Shown piece after piece: positions 51,401 through 64,000 of a stretch of 64,000 nt of DNA. The translations under genes were made by a program, and so were the position numbers. Each line of letters starts with the position of its first letter. Position 1 is the stretch's first letter. The notes beneath the pieces were generated by a model, which saw only the letters and a list, made by a program, of their open reading frames with translations, made no database searches and was not told the DNA's origin. This stretch comes from Somniosus microcephalus (Eukaryota). The stretch lies in contig CM126211.1 in NCBI GenBank assembly GCA_052327205.1, positions 157,728,001 to 157,792,000 of the forward strand, given 5' to 3'.

Positions 51401-52254
51401 GATTCTTTTCGGCGCCAGAAACAGTGTAATTCCTGACTCACCCTTATTCACCCCCACTCCCCACCACGCCCCGCCCCACCCCCGCCAGCACCTACCTGCG
51501 GGGCTCTGCTGGCATCTCAGCCAGCCGACATTCCTGAGGCCAAAGAGCAGGACCCCTGTTTGGCATCCACTGCTCGCCTGCCAGTTTCATATGAGGCCCA
51601 GCCCTCAAAATTGTGACGACCGCTTCACCACAGAATGGGTGGCTGGCCAAAAGTCAAAATCAACTCCATTAGTCCTTGGTTCTTTCTCTGTTGTATTATT
51701 CGCTCTATTTTGTGTTCTTGAGAGTAGAAGGAAGCATGTGGCCAGGGTGCAGGGCAGTAGTGGAAAGCATTTTTGGAGAGTGCCGCTGTACCCACCTTCC
51801 CTCATGTGTGCTCTGCAGTGTCTTTGTACTTTGCTCTATCATTTCTGTCTCACACCATGCCCTGCACTCTATGTAAACTTGTCACCCTTCTTCTAAATGC
51901 TGGTGTGTACTAGCACCGACTGTACTGCCTGAACCTATTCAGTCTGCCACACCTTCTGATTGTCCTTGGCCCATGCCCGTCTTCCCTTCAATATGTCCCC
52001 TCCCACTTCCCCATCTCTTTCCCCACCCCTCCTGCCCCTCCCAACTCTCTCACTCCACTCTTGTTGCACTACTGATTATTACCCTCAGCTGCCTCATCAT
52101 CCCTCCCTACTCATTTTTCTGCCCTCTGCTACCTTTCCACATTCCCCTCCCCTTCTGCCTTTTCCCTTGACTCCAAAACTATTCACCCTGCAGTTTTGCT
52201 TGTTGCACATATATTTCCATTCTCCGTCACACCTTTTCTGCCATTTTTTCTTGC

Positions 52255-52790
52255 CAGGTTCCCCTGGAGTAGTTGAGTCTGGTGATGATGAAGGCATAAA
52301 TGATGGTTTCAGTTGGTGGAGAAGTAGAATTGGGTGTCTTTGGCATACATGTAGCATTTGGCCTCATGCTAATGGATGATGTCATGGAGAGCGCGCACAT
52401 AGATGAGGAAGAGGAAGGGGCCATGGATAGATTGTTGGAGGACTCCAGAGGTGATGGTGCAGGGATGGGAAGAGAAATTATTGCTGGAAATGTGCTGTAT
52501 ATGTTTGGATAGCTAGGAATGGAATCATGTGAGGGCAATCCCATTGAGGGATTGTGGGGGGATTGTGAGGGGATTACATGGTTGACCATATTGAACGCTA
52601 TGGAAATGTCAAGGAAGACAAGGAGAGATAAAGCACCACAGCCTCAGAGGAGATCATTCATAACTTTAGTTAGGAATGTTTTGGCATTGTGAGAAAGCTG
52701 GAAGATATATTGGAGGGATGGGCACCAAGCTGGGAGGCAAAGAGAAGCTCGAGAAGTTCGAGAGAAAATTTAGGTTGGAGATTGGGCTAT
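52255..52790 (-). mobile_element. Ancient L2-like LINE RT fragment
   Basis: Minus strand gives an SLLVFLDISIAFNMVNH-like RT remnant; heavily decayed. Confidence 0.55.
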
Positions 52791-53719
52791 ACAATCTTTA
52801 GTGAACATAAGTTTCCATAAACAAACAAAAATGCTCTAATAAAATGCTCAAAAGTTAATCGTTTATGTAATTTCCAAGTTTTTAAATCGGAAAACATTTT
52901 GTTAAACCTCAAAAATGGCTGAGGAGAATTGACTGAATTTTCAACTGTCAAAACAGAGAGTGGTTAAAAAGAGAAATACGTTCTTGATAAATAATCTTTT
53001 TGTCCTCTTTACTAACTGTCAACAAAGAAACCAGTTATTGTAAAATACAACACAAAAAAAGTGAATTTTACAGGTTGGTTGTTGGGAGCTGGTAAATCAG
53101 GAAAAAAAAGCTTTGTTAAGCTGCATGTGCAATGAGACATACCTTGCTGCTGTGTGGGTATTATGAATGGGAAGAACAAGCACCTAGAGCATTTTCCTGA
53201 TAAATTGTAATTCAGCTAAATTCAATTTTTGTTAAGTAGAAAATAAATTTGCAAACAGGGGTTTTCCTCACAGAAGCAGCAGAGATGACTGTGAGAAATG
53301 GAAAATTGACACTGGTGCTGTAACTGAGGTTTAAGGCATTTTATTTGGTCAGAGAAGCACCAACCTTACTCTGCATCAGGCCATACTACACCTGACCTGC
53401 TTGACTGCCGACATCAGATGCCAAAATAGAAAAATATTCCCTTCCCCAGCAATAATGCTCTTCACTTTGATAAGCATATGGTTCACCAATAATATAAACT
53501 TAAAAGAAAATACATTTCCAATCCATTTCCCAAAGGGCCCGCTCTCCTCACTGTAAGAGATGTCCAAGAAAGAATCAGTTATTTTTTTAGAAGTTAATAT
53601 CCAACCGAACACAGAAAAGACATGGGTGCAGTGTCCCTCCATGTACATGCAAGCAGGAAAAAACGGAATTGCACACTGGCAACTTGCAAACATGTCACAT
53701 TCGAAAGACAAAAGAGTGC

Positions 53720-54470
53720 ACCCTAAAATTCTCCAAATCCTTATTTAATTAGAATAACTAGTGACTTATCAAAAGCTGATAAGACACCACAAAGGATAAT
53801 ACATGGAATTAAAGGAAATGTAGGCACCTGGATAGAGAGATGGCTGCAGGGCAGAAAACAAAGAGTAGGGGTAAAAGGAAGTTTCTTGGGCTGGAAAGGT
53901 ATGGTGAGTAGTGTTCCACAGGGGTCTGTGTTGAGACTGCTTTTACATACTATATACTGTATGTGTGTGTGTGTACGTATGTCTTTATTAGCCATATATA
54001 CAACACGGTTGTAGGAATTGAGGGAACAATATCAAAATTTGCTGGTGACACCACTTTGAGAGTTATGATGAATTGTAATAAGGATTGCGAGAAGCTGCAA
54101 GAGAACACAGATAGGCTATCGGGATGAGCAGATAGGTAGAGATACATGTAGTTTAGAATTTGGCGTGTAGTTCCCAAATTATTGCTGAAGCAGAGTCCAT
54201 AAGTTCTTGTAAAAGGGAATCAGAAAGTTGCTTGAAAAAGAGGAATAAACATTAAAGAGTATGAGAAGCAAACAGGAAAGTGGAATTATACTAGCTGGTT
54301 CATGTGGAGAAAATACCCGCACAGATTTGATGGGCATAAAGTAACCTGATTCAGTTCTTTGATGAAGTAACAGAGAGGGTTGATGAAGCTAGTGCAGTGA
54401 CAGTTGATGAACGTAGTGCAACAGATGTTGTATATATTGACTTTCAAAAGGCATTTGATAAAGTACCACA
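53720..54470 (+). mobile_element. Scrambled old CR1 RT fragments
   Basis: Remnants of GRKQRVGV..VPQGSVL, SKFAGDT and YIDFQKAFDKVPH. Confidence 0.7.
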
Positions 54471-54800
54471 TAAGAACATAAGAAATAGGAGCAGAAGTAG
54501 GCCATATGATACTTCGAGCCTGCTCCACCACTCAATAAGATCATGGCTGATCTTCGACCTCAACTCCACTTTTCCACCCGATCCCCATATCCCTTGATTC
54601 CCCTAGAGTCTAAAAATCTGTCTATCTCAGCCTTGAATATACTCAACGACTCAATATCAACAGCCCTTTGGGGTAGAGAATTCCAAAGATTCACAACCCT
54701 CTGAGTGAAGAAATTCCTCCTCATCCCAGTCTTAAATGGCCGACCCCTTATCCTCAGACTATGCCCCCCTAAGTTCCAGACTCTCCAGCCAGGGGAAACA
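54469..54800 (-). mobile_element. CR1 LINE 3' end
   Basis: cataagaacataagaaataggagcag tail plus FFTQRVVNLWNSLP coding on the minus strand. Confidence 0.9.
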
Positions 54801-54802
54801 AT

Positions 54803-55848
54803 GGGGGTGATTTTTCAGGGGGTCAGTGGGCGCGATTGGTGGTGGGTTTGGTGGGAAAAAAATTTTTGACAGCGGGTAGGGAACCCGCTTTCAACCCGCC
54901 TCCACACTAGTCTCCCAGATGTCGGGTCTGTCAGCACAGAACATACCTGACACCAAGCAGCGGGGGAGGCAATTTAGATCATTAAGAGATTGTTAAGAGA
55001 CACTTAAATAATATTTTAAGCTTACCTTTCAATTTTACGAGTTCCCCCACAGGTTATACGCTGCTCGGGGATCACGTCAGCTCAGCAGGTCATGAGTGGA
55101 TTCAGCATTGAATTATCTGATTACTTGACCGCTACAAATGTGCTATAAAAGCTCCCATCTCACAGCTGTTCACTTTCCAAGCTCAGAAACTGTTGCTTAC
55201 TACAATTGGAAGACAGATTGAACTTTATGCAGCTAACAAATATTTGGAGCCAACTCTCTATCCTGTGCCACCTCATTGGAACAACCTCTCTGACCATTGA
55301 CAGATTTGCTTCTGTCATCTCAACTTCACCTGCCATCTATTACATCAGCATCGGTGCTGTTGAAACTATCTCACCTGGGTCCTCAGAATCCTATCATGAT
55401 CAGCCCCAACACCAGCAGTACCAGGCAAACCAGCAGCACCAACAAAAGCACCACAAACCTTCTCTGCAATCATCTGATGCTGCACAGGACACAGGGCATC
55501 AGCACCCACCCACATTGCTGCCCAGGAGGCCAGGGATGGCCTCACCAATCCAGATTTACTTCACTTGATGCTGTACACCCTGGCTGCCACATGATGCGCC
55601 AGGTTGGCACCACCCCACACCAATACCATCCCTACAATGTCCAAGCCATTCCTTTCACACTCACTAGCATTGCTGGGGGACGGGGGGTGGGGGGTTACCG
55701 TTATGTCTCACCATTCACTGCAACTCACTACGCCACTTCCAAAGGTGCACACAAATCTGTCCAAAAACGCAAAGTGCTGAAAATAAAGGTTTCAATGTTT
55801 GACAGCACATTACCAGAAACTTCACATGAACATTGACAAAAACACAAA
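54803..55848 (-). mobile_element. Partial copy of the Myb-only Harbinger derivative, interrupted by a two-gene Harbinger
   Basis: Reverse complement of ~15670-16711; ORF 55297-55836 mirrors the ORFs at 15716-16190. Confidence 0.85.
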
Positions 55849-56972
55849 GGGGGAGAAATTCAGTATCGCCACGTTTGGGGCGTTATACTCGAGCGGGCGC
55901 GAAATTTAGTGCCCGGCGCAAATTATCGCCACCTACTGCTAAATTGACCTGCTTCACCCCAGGAGGTGCTTGGAGCGCTAAAACAGGTGCTGCACGACTG
56001 TCTTAAGGCGCTAAGCCGGAGAAGCGAGGCGCTACTACCGAGGGTGGGCACAGCGCAGGTGCGGCCAGTTAGCGATTGCACGCAGACATGCTGGCGCTGA
56101 TCAGCTCTTAAAGGGGAGGTTCGATTTGGCTTGCAGCCACACCCTGCACATCGGAGCCCTGATTCTCGGCCTGGACAGACCTGCTGCCACATTCTAACGC
56201 CTAGGGCCATGGCGAGGGCCAGGGAGCGAGCGCAGCGGTTCAGTGAGGGGGCCCTGCAGGTTCTGGTTGGCGCGGTGGAGCGCAGGTGATCTATCCTGTT
56301 TTCGGACAGTGGCAGGAGGCCGCTGCCCAACGAGTATCGCAAAGCTTGGAGGGAGGTGGCTCACAGAGTGACCTCCAGCAGCATGGTGCCTAGGACACCT
56401 GTGCAATGCAGGAAGAAGTTCAACGACCTCACTCGGGTCATCAGGGTGAGTACCCTTTTCAGTATCCTCTTCATCCCTGCATGTCCACCTCACTTTATGG
56501 CCAAAGGGTCCTGAAAGCCCCAATGCCCAGCCCGCATCCAACACCTATGGGCCTTTTGCCTTTCATGAAACTCACACGCACATTCAGCACTTTACACACT
56601 GTAAGGGCTAATCGACCATGGGAGGCAGTGCAGCCAAGATCAGGGATTCACACTGTAATGGCTATTCTACCATGGGAGGCAGTGCAGTAAAGATCAGGGC
56701 TTCACACTGTACTCAGAGCCCGTCCTTTCTCTTGCAGGGCAAGCTGGCCCATAACAGGAGGCAGCAGCAACGGACCAGGGGAGGCCGGCCTCACCTTCAA
56801 GACCTCAGCGATCTGGAGCAGCGAGTCCAGCGGATTATGGAAGGCCGGATGATTGGCCCCGTCACCACTGGAGATGCCGACCCCGTTCTGGACAGCAATG
56901 GTAAGGTCATCACCTTTTGACCTCTCTCCTTCCACTTGTGCCTCACACTAGCATCCTTTGCCACTATCGAAC

Positions 56973-59900
56973 TGTAATGTATGTACCTTTAAGGGGGAGA
57001 ACTACTTTTTACAGCTCCTGTATCCTGTAGTACCGGCAGTGACCACACCTGTATATAAACCCTGAGTAGTGATCTGTACAGTCAGTTGCAGTTTGAACCC
57101 TCATTCAGTAAACACCTGTTGATCATTCCCTGCAATCTGTTGTCTGATTATTGAAGGACACAACATTAAGATACACGGGTATAACATTGGCGACGACGCA
57201 GATTCGAACCTACCTGCAACTCTGCATCACCTCCCAGGGATTCGCTCCTGGAGAACAGTGGAAGGAAGTCGAGTCCAGAAGCACGGGCGTCGACCACGGG
57301 CAACCGCCCAGTCATCCAGCGGAGATTTGAGCATCACAGGGGAGGCTGTCGAGAGCCAGGCTTGGCTTTCCAGTCACGGTGGTCCAGCGAAACGGGCTGG
57401 CAACAGGTACTGCGCAGACCCTTCCCGGACAGCGGCGGCTAGAGCCGACCGAGCGGCACAGAAAAAGGCCGAGCAGCGTCGACGGGGGAGAGAGGGCAGA
57501 GCGCACAGGGCACAGCCGGTGTTCAGGACCGAGCGGCGTCAACGGGGAGAGAGACGAGAGAGAGCAGAGCACAGCCGGTGTTCAAGGGCTGAGCAGCATC
57601 AACGGGGGAGAGAGGCGCGCAGGAAAACGCGAGGCACTGCCATTGCCACGAGGACCGCAGAGAGCGGCATTGGCAGCAGTGCAGGAGCAGCGCATGAAAC
57701 CCACAGGGCGTCGCCATTTGCCACGAGGACCGCCGAGAGCAGCATTGGCAGCAGCGCGGGAGACGCCATTTTAAGCCAGTCTAACCACACCCAAAAATGC
57801 CGAAGAGTGGCAGTATCACAGCGTTCGACAATGAAGTCGAAGATTGGACGACATATGTCGAACGCATAGAAGTATACTGCAAGGTGAATGAAGTGCCAGA
57901 TGACAAGAAAGCGCTGGTATTGTTGAATTCAATGGGTGCAAAAACGTATGGCTTACTGCGATACCTAGTAACCCCAGAGAAGCCAGTAGAAAAGGATTTT
58001 GAAAACATAGTGTCAATCCTACAGGACCACTTAAACACCACACCGCTGCTGATAGCAGAAAGATTTAAGTTTCACAAAAGGAACCAGCATAAAGACGAAA
58101 GTAATGCTGAGTATTTAACGGAACTGCGCAAGCTATCGAAACACTGCCAGTTTGGAACGGGACTAGCAGATACGTTAAGGGACAAGTTTGTGTGTGGGCT
58201 TCAAAGTGAAGGAACCCAGAAACGGCTTCTATCAGAAAAGGATCTTACCCTGGACAAGGCTTTCAGCATTGCAGTATCACACGAAGCAGCAGCACGGGGC
58301 ACTGCAGAGATACAATGGAGACCGCAAGAATATGGCACCAATGAAATGTCATACGGAACAGCGAAGTGCTATCGCTGTGGCAGAACAACACACGACCATA
58401 ATGATTGCTGGTTCAAGGACAAAGTGTGCAGACAGTGTGGAAAAGTAGGACACATAGCAAGAGTCTGCAGGTCGGGAAAGAAAACCAGCAGCAAGAAATC
58501 TCCACAGGAGAAGTACAAGAAGGTACATAAGGTGACGGAGAGTAGTTCAGACGAACAGAAGAGTGATACAGACTCCGGAAGCAAGGAGCTGGGTTGTCTG
58601 AAACTACATAATGTGATCAAAACGGAGGATCACCAAACTATCTGGGTCACGCTCAAGATAGCAGGAGTCCAAGTGAAAATGGAATTAGACACAGGATCAG
58701 CCCTAACAGTCATAAACCGAAGGGACTACAAGCGGCTATTCTCACATATACCCTTGAGAGATACAAAGATTGTCTTGAAGACATACACGGGGCAAAAAGT
58801 CTACCCCAAAGGAAAAATAAGGGTGAACGTTATATATAACGGCAAGGAAACACCAAAAATGGACCTATATGTATTGCCAGATGGAGGACCACCACTACTA
58901 GGATGTGAATGGATCCGGAAGATACAGCTAGATTGGCATTCCATACAAGCACTGACTGTAGATGCCAAAAAGGATGACGATGTCACACCTGGACGACTGT
59001 CAAAAATGCTAACTGACGCACAAGATGTGTTCCAGCAGGGACTCGGAACACTAAAAGGCATAACAGCGATGATCAAAATAGAGGAAAATGCAAGCCCAAA
59101 GTTTTTTAAGGCCAGACCGGTACCTTATGCGACCCGCTCAGCCGTCGAAGCAGAGCTGGAAGGTTTGGAACATTCAGGAGTACTGTCCAAAGTGGACTGG
59201 AGCGAGTGGGCTACACCCATCGTTCCTGAAATGAAGAGGTCGTTGAGTAAACACCTGGGGAACCAAAGAAGGTTCGCATCTGTGGGGACTTTAAGGTGAC
59301 AGTGAACCCAGTCCTTCACACTGTACAATATCCGCTTCCGGGGATTGAAGATATTTTCGCCTCGTTATCTGGAGGGAAACGCTTCACTAAGATTGATCTG
59401 GCCCAGGCGTACCTGCAAATGGAGGTAGAAGAAGCCTCGAAACAGTACCTCACGATCAACACTCATAAAGGTCTCTACCAATACAACCGGCTGGTGTTCG
59501 GGGTAGCATCAGCTCTGGCTATTTGGCAAAGGGCAATGGACCAAGTCCTGCAAGGGATTCCAGGGACCCAGTGTTATTTGGATGACATCCTGGTCACGGG
59601 CGAAAATGACAGTGATCACCTCGCCAACCTGGAGCAGGTGCTCACTAGATTGAAGGAATATGGGCTCCGAGCTAATCGCCACAAATGCGAGTTTTTCCAG
59701 AAGCAGATCTCGTATTGTGGCCACGTTATTGATAAAGAGGGGCTACATAAGTCCCCAGAAAAGATTGAGGCAGTAGTCAAGGCTCCAGCACCGGAAAATG
59801 TGTCACAACTGAGGTCGTTCCTCGGGCTGGTGAACTACTACCATAAGTTCTTGCCGAATTTGTCTACCGTACTACACCCACTGAACACCCTACTGCAAAC

Positions 59901-62057
59901 GGGGGTACCATGGAAGTGGCGTGACGAATGTAAACGAGCTTTCCAGAAGAGTAAAGCATTGATCACATCAAAAGAGGTGTTGGCCCATTTCAACCCAGCA
60001 CTACCAATTCGGTTGGCGTGTGATGCATCACCCTACGGCATTGGAGCGGTGCTGTCGCACAAATTCTCGGACGGCTCGGAAAGGCCAGTAGCCTTTGCGT
60101 CTCGGTCACTAACCTCAGCCAAGCGTAACTACGCCCAGATTGACAGGGAGGCCCTCAGCCTAGTGTGGGGAGTGAAAAAGTTCAATCACTATCTGCACGG
60201 GCAGAAGTTCACCTTGCTGACTGACCACCAACCACTTGTCTCCATCTTTAATCCAAAGAAGGGCGTTCCGGTGATGACTGCGCAATGGCTACAAAGAGGG
60301 GCGCACCAATATGAAATCGAGTATAAGGGCATGAAACAGCATGGAAACGCTGATGGGCTATCACGCCTGCCACTGCCTACTGTGGAGGAAGCCCCAGCAG
60401 TGGATCCTGTCGAAATATTTCATTCGACTATAATTGAATGCTTGCCAGTAACTAACGCTGGTATAGAGAAGGAGACCCGAAATGACCCGTCACTGTCTTG
60501 GGTATATGATTTGACGGTGAAGGGATGGCCAGTACATGGCGACTCACTGTTGCCAGCATTCTCATCCAGAAGAGAACAGCTGTCAGTATGCCAGGGGACC
60601 TTGATGTGTGGATCCCGAGTGGTAATTCCACCCAAGTTAAGGGAGAGAGTGCTCAATGAGCTTCACGAAGGTCATCTGGGAGGGGTGAAAATGAAAAGCC
60701 TTGCTAGGGCTTATGTGTGGTGGCCGGGGATCAATCAGCAAATCGAGGACCTGACAAAGAGCTGCTCAAGATGCCAGAAGGTCCAAAATGCACCACCACA
60801 TGCCCCTCTACACCCATGGGAGTGGCCCTCATCTCCATGGCAACGGGTGCATATTGATTTTGCTGGTCCATTCATGGACTCAATGTTTTTAATAGCCGTG
60901 GATGCGCACTCGAAATGGCCTGAGGTCATCAAAATGTCCTCCACCACCACGGAGAAAACTATTGCAGTCCTACGGACCATTTTTGCCAGGAACGGCTTGC
61001 CAGAGCAGATTTGCTCTGATAACAGACCACAGTTTGTGTACGAAGAGTTGCGAAGATTTATGAAAAGGAATGGGGTAAGGCATTACACATCCGCCCCGTA
61101 TCATCCAGCCACAAATGGATTGGCTGAGAGGTTCGTACAAACCTTTAAAAAAGCAGTAAAGGCCATGTGCGATGACGACATTCCACTGCAGCATAAGGTG
61201 GACAATTTCCTGTTAGCCTACAGAAATGCGACACATGCAGTCACCAACCAGGCCCCAGCCATGATGTTCTTTAACCGAAGGTTGAGATCTCGTCTGGATT
61301 TGCTCAGACCAAATGTACGAAGAGATGTTGAGAGTAAGCAATTCCAGCACATCAATGAGAAGCCGACAAGGAGCTTCAGTGTAGGGCAACCAGTCTTGGC
61401 CCGCGACTACCGAACAGAGAAATGGCAACCAGGAACGATATGCACACGGCAGGGGCCACTAATGTACACAGTGGATGTTGGGGAGAACATTGTGAGACGC
61501 CATGCTGACCAGATCCTAGAGTCACAGGAACGAGTCAACCCCATGTCTCGGCCATACGTACCTGGTGAGGAACCCGACGTACAGGTCACATCTACCTCAG
61601 AAACAATAGCATTGGAAGCTGATGAATCAACTGACGACAGGGTGTTAGAATCGCCTCCGCACCAAGAGCGAGACACTCGGGAAAGGCATTATCCAGAAAG
61701 AATCAGGAAGCCTCCCCAAAGACTGAATTTATAAATAGACTATTTTCAGTTAATGTTGCATGTTAAAAGTGTTAATTGTAATTAGTTTGATATTTAATTG
61801 TTAAATGAGTGCTATGGTACTGTTAATCTAAAAGGGGAGGAATTGTAATGTATGTACCTTTAAGGAGGAGAACTACTTTTTACAGCTCCTGTATCCTGTA
61901 GTACCGGCAGTGACCACACCTGTATATAAACCCTGAGTAGTGATCTGTACAGTCAGTTGCAGTTTGAACCCTCATTCAGTAAACACCTGTTGATCGTTCC
62001 CTGCAGTCTGTTGTCTGATTATTGAAGGACACAACATTAAGATACACGGATATAAGA
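56973..62057 (+). mobile_element. Full-length Ty3/Gypsy LTR retrotransposon (Mag-like, sister family of 43465-48474)
   Basis: 214-bp LTRs at 56973-57186 and 61844-62057 (5 differences seen); TSD cgaac/tgaac; PBS tggcgacga; PPT aaaaggggaggaa. Confidence 0.95.
57797..61734 (+). pseudogene. Gag-pol polyprotein with one frameshift (~59250) and a 5-codon deletion in RNase H
   Basis: ORFs 57797-59299 and 59296-61734 align to the single frame of 44226-48185; LQR-----GAHQY versus LQRWSLFLGAHQY. Confidence 0.92.
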
Positions 62058-63443
62058 TGAACCAATACAGTGCATTGCAGCACTCTTGCCTCCCTCACTG
62101 CCGCCCTGTCCTCACGCTAAAGCAACTCTTGTAACTCCCTGCTTTCAGATGCTGATTCGCCAGGTGAGGAGGCGGGCCCTCAAGCTGCCACTGTGAGTGA
62201 TTCTGAAGGCGAGGAGGAAGAGGAAGCCGGACCATCAGTGCCACCCTCAGCCGAGGCAGCCCATGGCCATAATGGGGACACGTCTTCCCTGGAGGGGAGC
62301 AGGGGGAAGGGTCTGAGGAGGGTGAAGCTCCGGGGCCCAGCGGGCTGCAGCAACGCGGGGGGGGTAGGGAAGCTCGGCAGCCTTCTCCCCGGAGGGAGAG
62401 TCTGGCCTCGAGTCCTGCTACAGTGAGCGCAGAAGAGATGCGGCTCCTCACTGAAATGGGCGCCCAGGCGGAGCACAGGCACACTGAGCTCATGGCTGCA
62501 GTGGCAAGGATGCCCGAATCCATTGAGTCACTGGCAAGGAGTGTCTAGGACTTCGGCGCAGCACTAGCAAGGAGTCTGCAGGACTTCGGTGCAGCACAGG
62601 CGGCTTCCACGCAAGTGCTTAGTGGTGCAATGCAGTCAGTGGGTGGTCTGATGCAGATGCAGATTGAGGCCACACGAGCACTGACTGCTGCGACCCTCGC
62701 TGGATCGGGCACGAATTGCCGGGGCCCTCGCCACGCCACAGCAGGCCAGCAGTCTGTGCTTCAGCAGATTGCTCCGCATGCTGCAGTGCTGCCCCGTGGG
62801 AGTGCCAGTGTGTCGTCCGACCAGGGAGTGGCTCTCCTCTGTCAGGATGGCAGCATTCCTGCTGCCAACACTGTCACTTCTCCACTGCAGCTGCCACCAC
62901 CTGTAGGACAGACTGCTGCCGCCCATGCAGAGTTGGAGCAGTCAGCAGCCGGGCCCTCCAGGCCCAGAGCTGGTCCAGGCCGTACCTCAAGGGCATGTGC
63001 CGACTCAGTTTCTGACACTCAGCAGCCTTCCCCCAGCCTTGCTGCAGCCACTGGGGTCCCATTGCGGAGGAGCTGCAGGGTGGGAAGGGGCCAATCTCGC
63101 AAGCAAAGCAGATCACCCTCGAAGAGCAAAAAGTAGGAGGTGTGGCAAAATGCTGTTAATTTTTTTACTGAAGGCCAAGGATCGTGGTCATTTTTTGGCT
63201 ACTCTTTTGTTCATTGTCTCCATGTTGTGAGAGCCAGTAATGTGACTGACTGCTTTTTTGGGGGTTTCTCTGTATTACTTTGTCATGCGGGAAGAGCACA
63301 CAGTTTATTAAATAAAGAAGTGTCTTTATTCAGAATGTGCATGTTTGCTCTTTGAACTATTTGTTGCCTTGACTGGCTTAGGGGTTGCGGAACGGTTCCA
63401 TTCATGTTCTTTCAATGGCACAAGCCATTCCCTCAGAGGGGGC

Positions 63444-64000
63444 CTAGAACCAACTTGCAATAAGCCACTGACGGGCGGCCCTTGCACTTTGTGCCTCCCT
63501 CCCATCTTGGTGCTCCTCCTCCTCCTCCTCCTCTTCCTTTCTGCTGGTGCTCCAATGTCTGGTGGCAGTGGCTGAGTCCTGAGGATTGCCAGGTTATGCA
63601 GCATGCAGCACACTACAACGAAATGGGAGACTTGCTCAGGTGAGTACTGAAAGGCTCCCCTGGAATGGTCCAGACAGCGGAACCATTGCTTGAGCACGCC
63701 GATTGTGTGCTCAATGATGTTCCTGGTCGCTTGATGGCTCTCATTGTATCATTCTTCAGCAGGGGTGCTGGGCGCAGGGAGCGGGGTCATCAGCCAGGTG
63801 CACAGAGGATAGCCCTTGTCCCCGAGAAGCCAGCCTCCTGGGTGAGCCGGGGCTTCGAAAAGGTCTGCCACAGAAGTCTGGCGCAGGATGAAGGCGTCGT
63901 GGCTGCTGCCTGGAAAGCGGGCATTGACAGCGAGGATCAGCTATCTGTGGTCACACACCAACTGGACGTTCAACGAATGGAACCCCTTCCGGTTGCGGTA
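63444..64000 (-). pseudogene. Harbinger transposase C-terminal half, with stops
   Basis: [43 protein letters not shown]. Confidence 0.9.

Larger units (their letters stand above)
56209..63136 (+). pseudogene. Harbinger Myb/SANT-like gene (exons 56209-56445, 56738-56900, 62149-63136), inactivated
   Basis: TGA at 56287-56289; frameshift and stop in exon 3; Gypsy insertion in intron 2. Confidence 0.87.
55849..64000. mobile_element. Second two-gene Harbinger transposon (opposite orientation, runs off the window) with a nested Gypsy
   Basis: TIR-like gggggagaaattcagt; Myb gene on + and transposase C-terminus on -; collinear with 17623-26504. Confidence 0.92.

Noticed and set aside
57258-57869. 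Arg-rich ORFs in Gypsy leaders (also 43619-44177)
   Set aside because: GC/purine-rich untranslated leaders; the ORFs are not conserved between the two sister elements.
59230-59300. Programmed gag-pol frameshift
   Set aside because: The break falls inside RT and the sister element is a single frame there, so it is a mutation or sequencing error.

Overview
Repeat-rich vertebrate genomic DNA; the repeat types (CR1, Deu-domain SINE, Penelope-type fragment, Harbinger) suggest a cartilaginous fish. The only host gene found is EDAR (ectodysplasin A receptor, minus strand), which the ORF track misses. Its first three coding exons are at 14113-14163 (ATG), 8791-8916 and 1351-1532, with canonical GT-AG sites and phases matching human EDAR. 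Sequence above ~14.2 kb is probably EDAR intron 1 or upstream DNA and is a transposon nest. It holds two two-gene Harbinger transposons (17623-26504 with perfect TIRs and TSD; 55849 to the window end), each carrying a full-length Ty3/Gypsy LTR retrotransposon. It also holds a third Gypsy inside a CR1, plus Myb-only Harbinger derivatives, MITEs and CR1/L2 LINEs. The EDAR coding introns add an RTE 3' end and a Tigger-like MITE with a GC minisatellite. The best leads are three. (i) A very young Gypsy (identical LTRs) has no tRNA PBS but a perfect 13-nt PBS/LTR fold-back (possible self-priming) and a YLDN RT motif. (ii) That element's LTR lies sense to EDAR and has a TATA box, ETS/STAT/DR1 motifs and a consensus splice donor ~5.2 kb upstream of the ATG-bearing exon. 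(iii) The first Harbinger keeps an intact three-exon Myb/SANT gene beside a dead transposase. All calls were made by eye; no searches were run.
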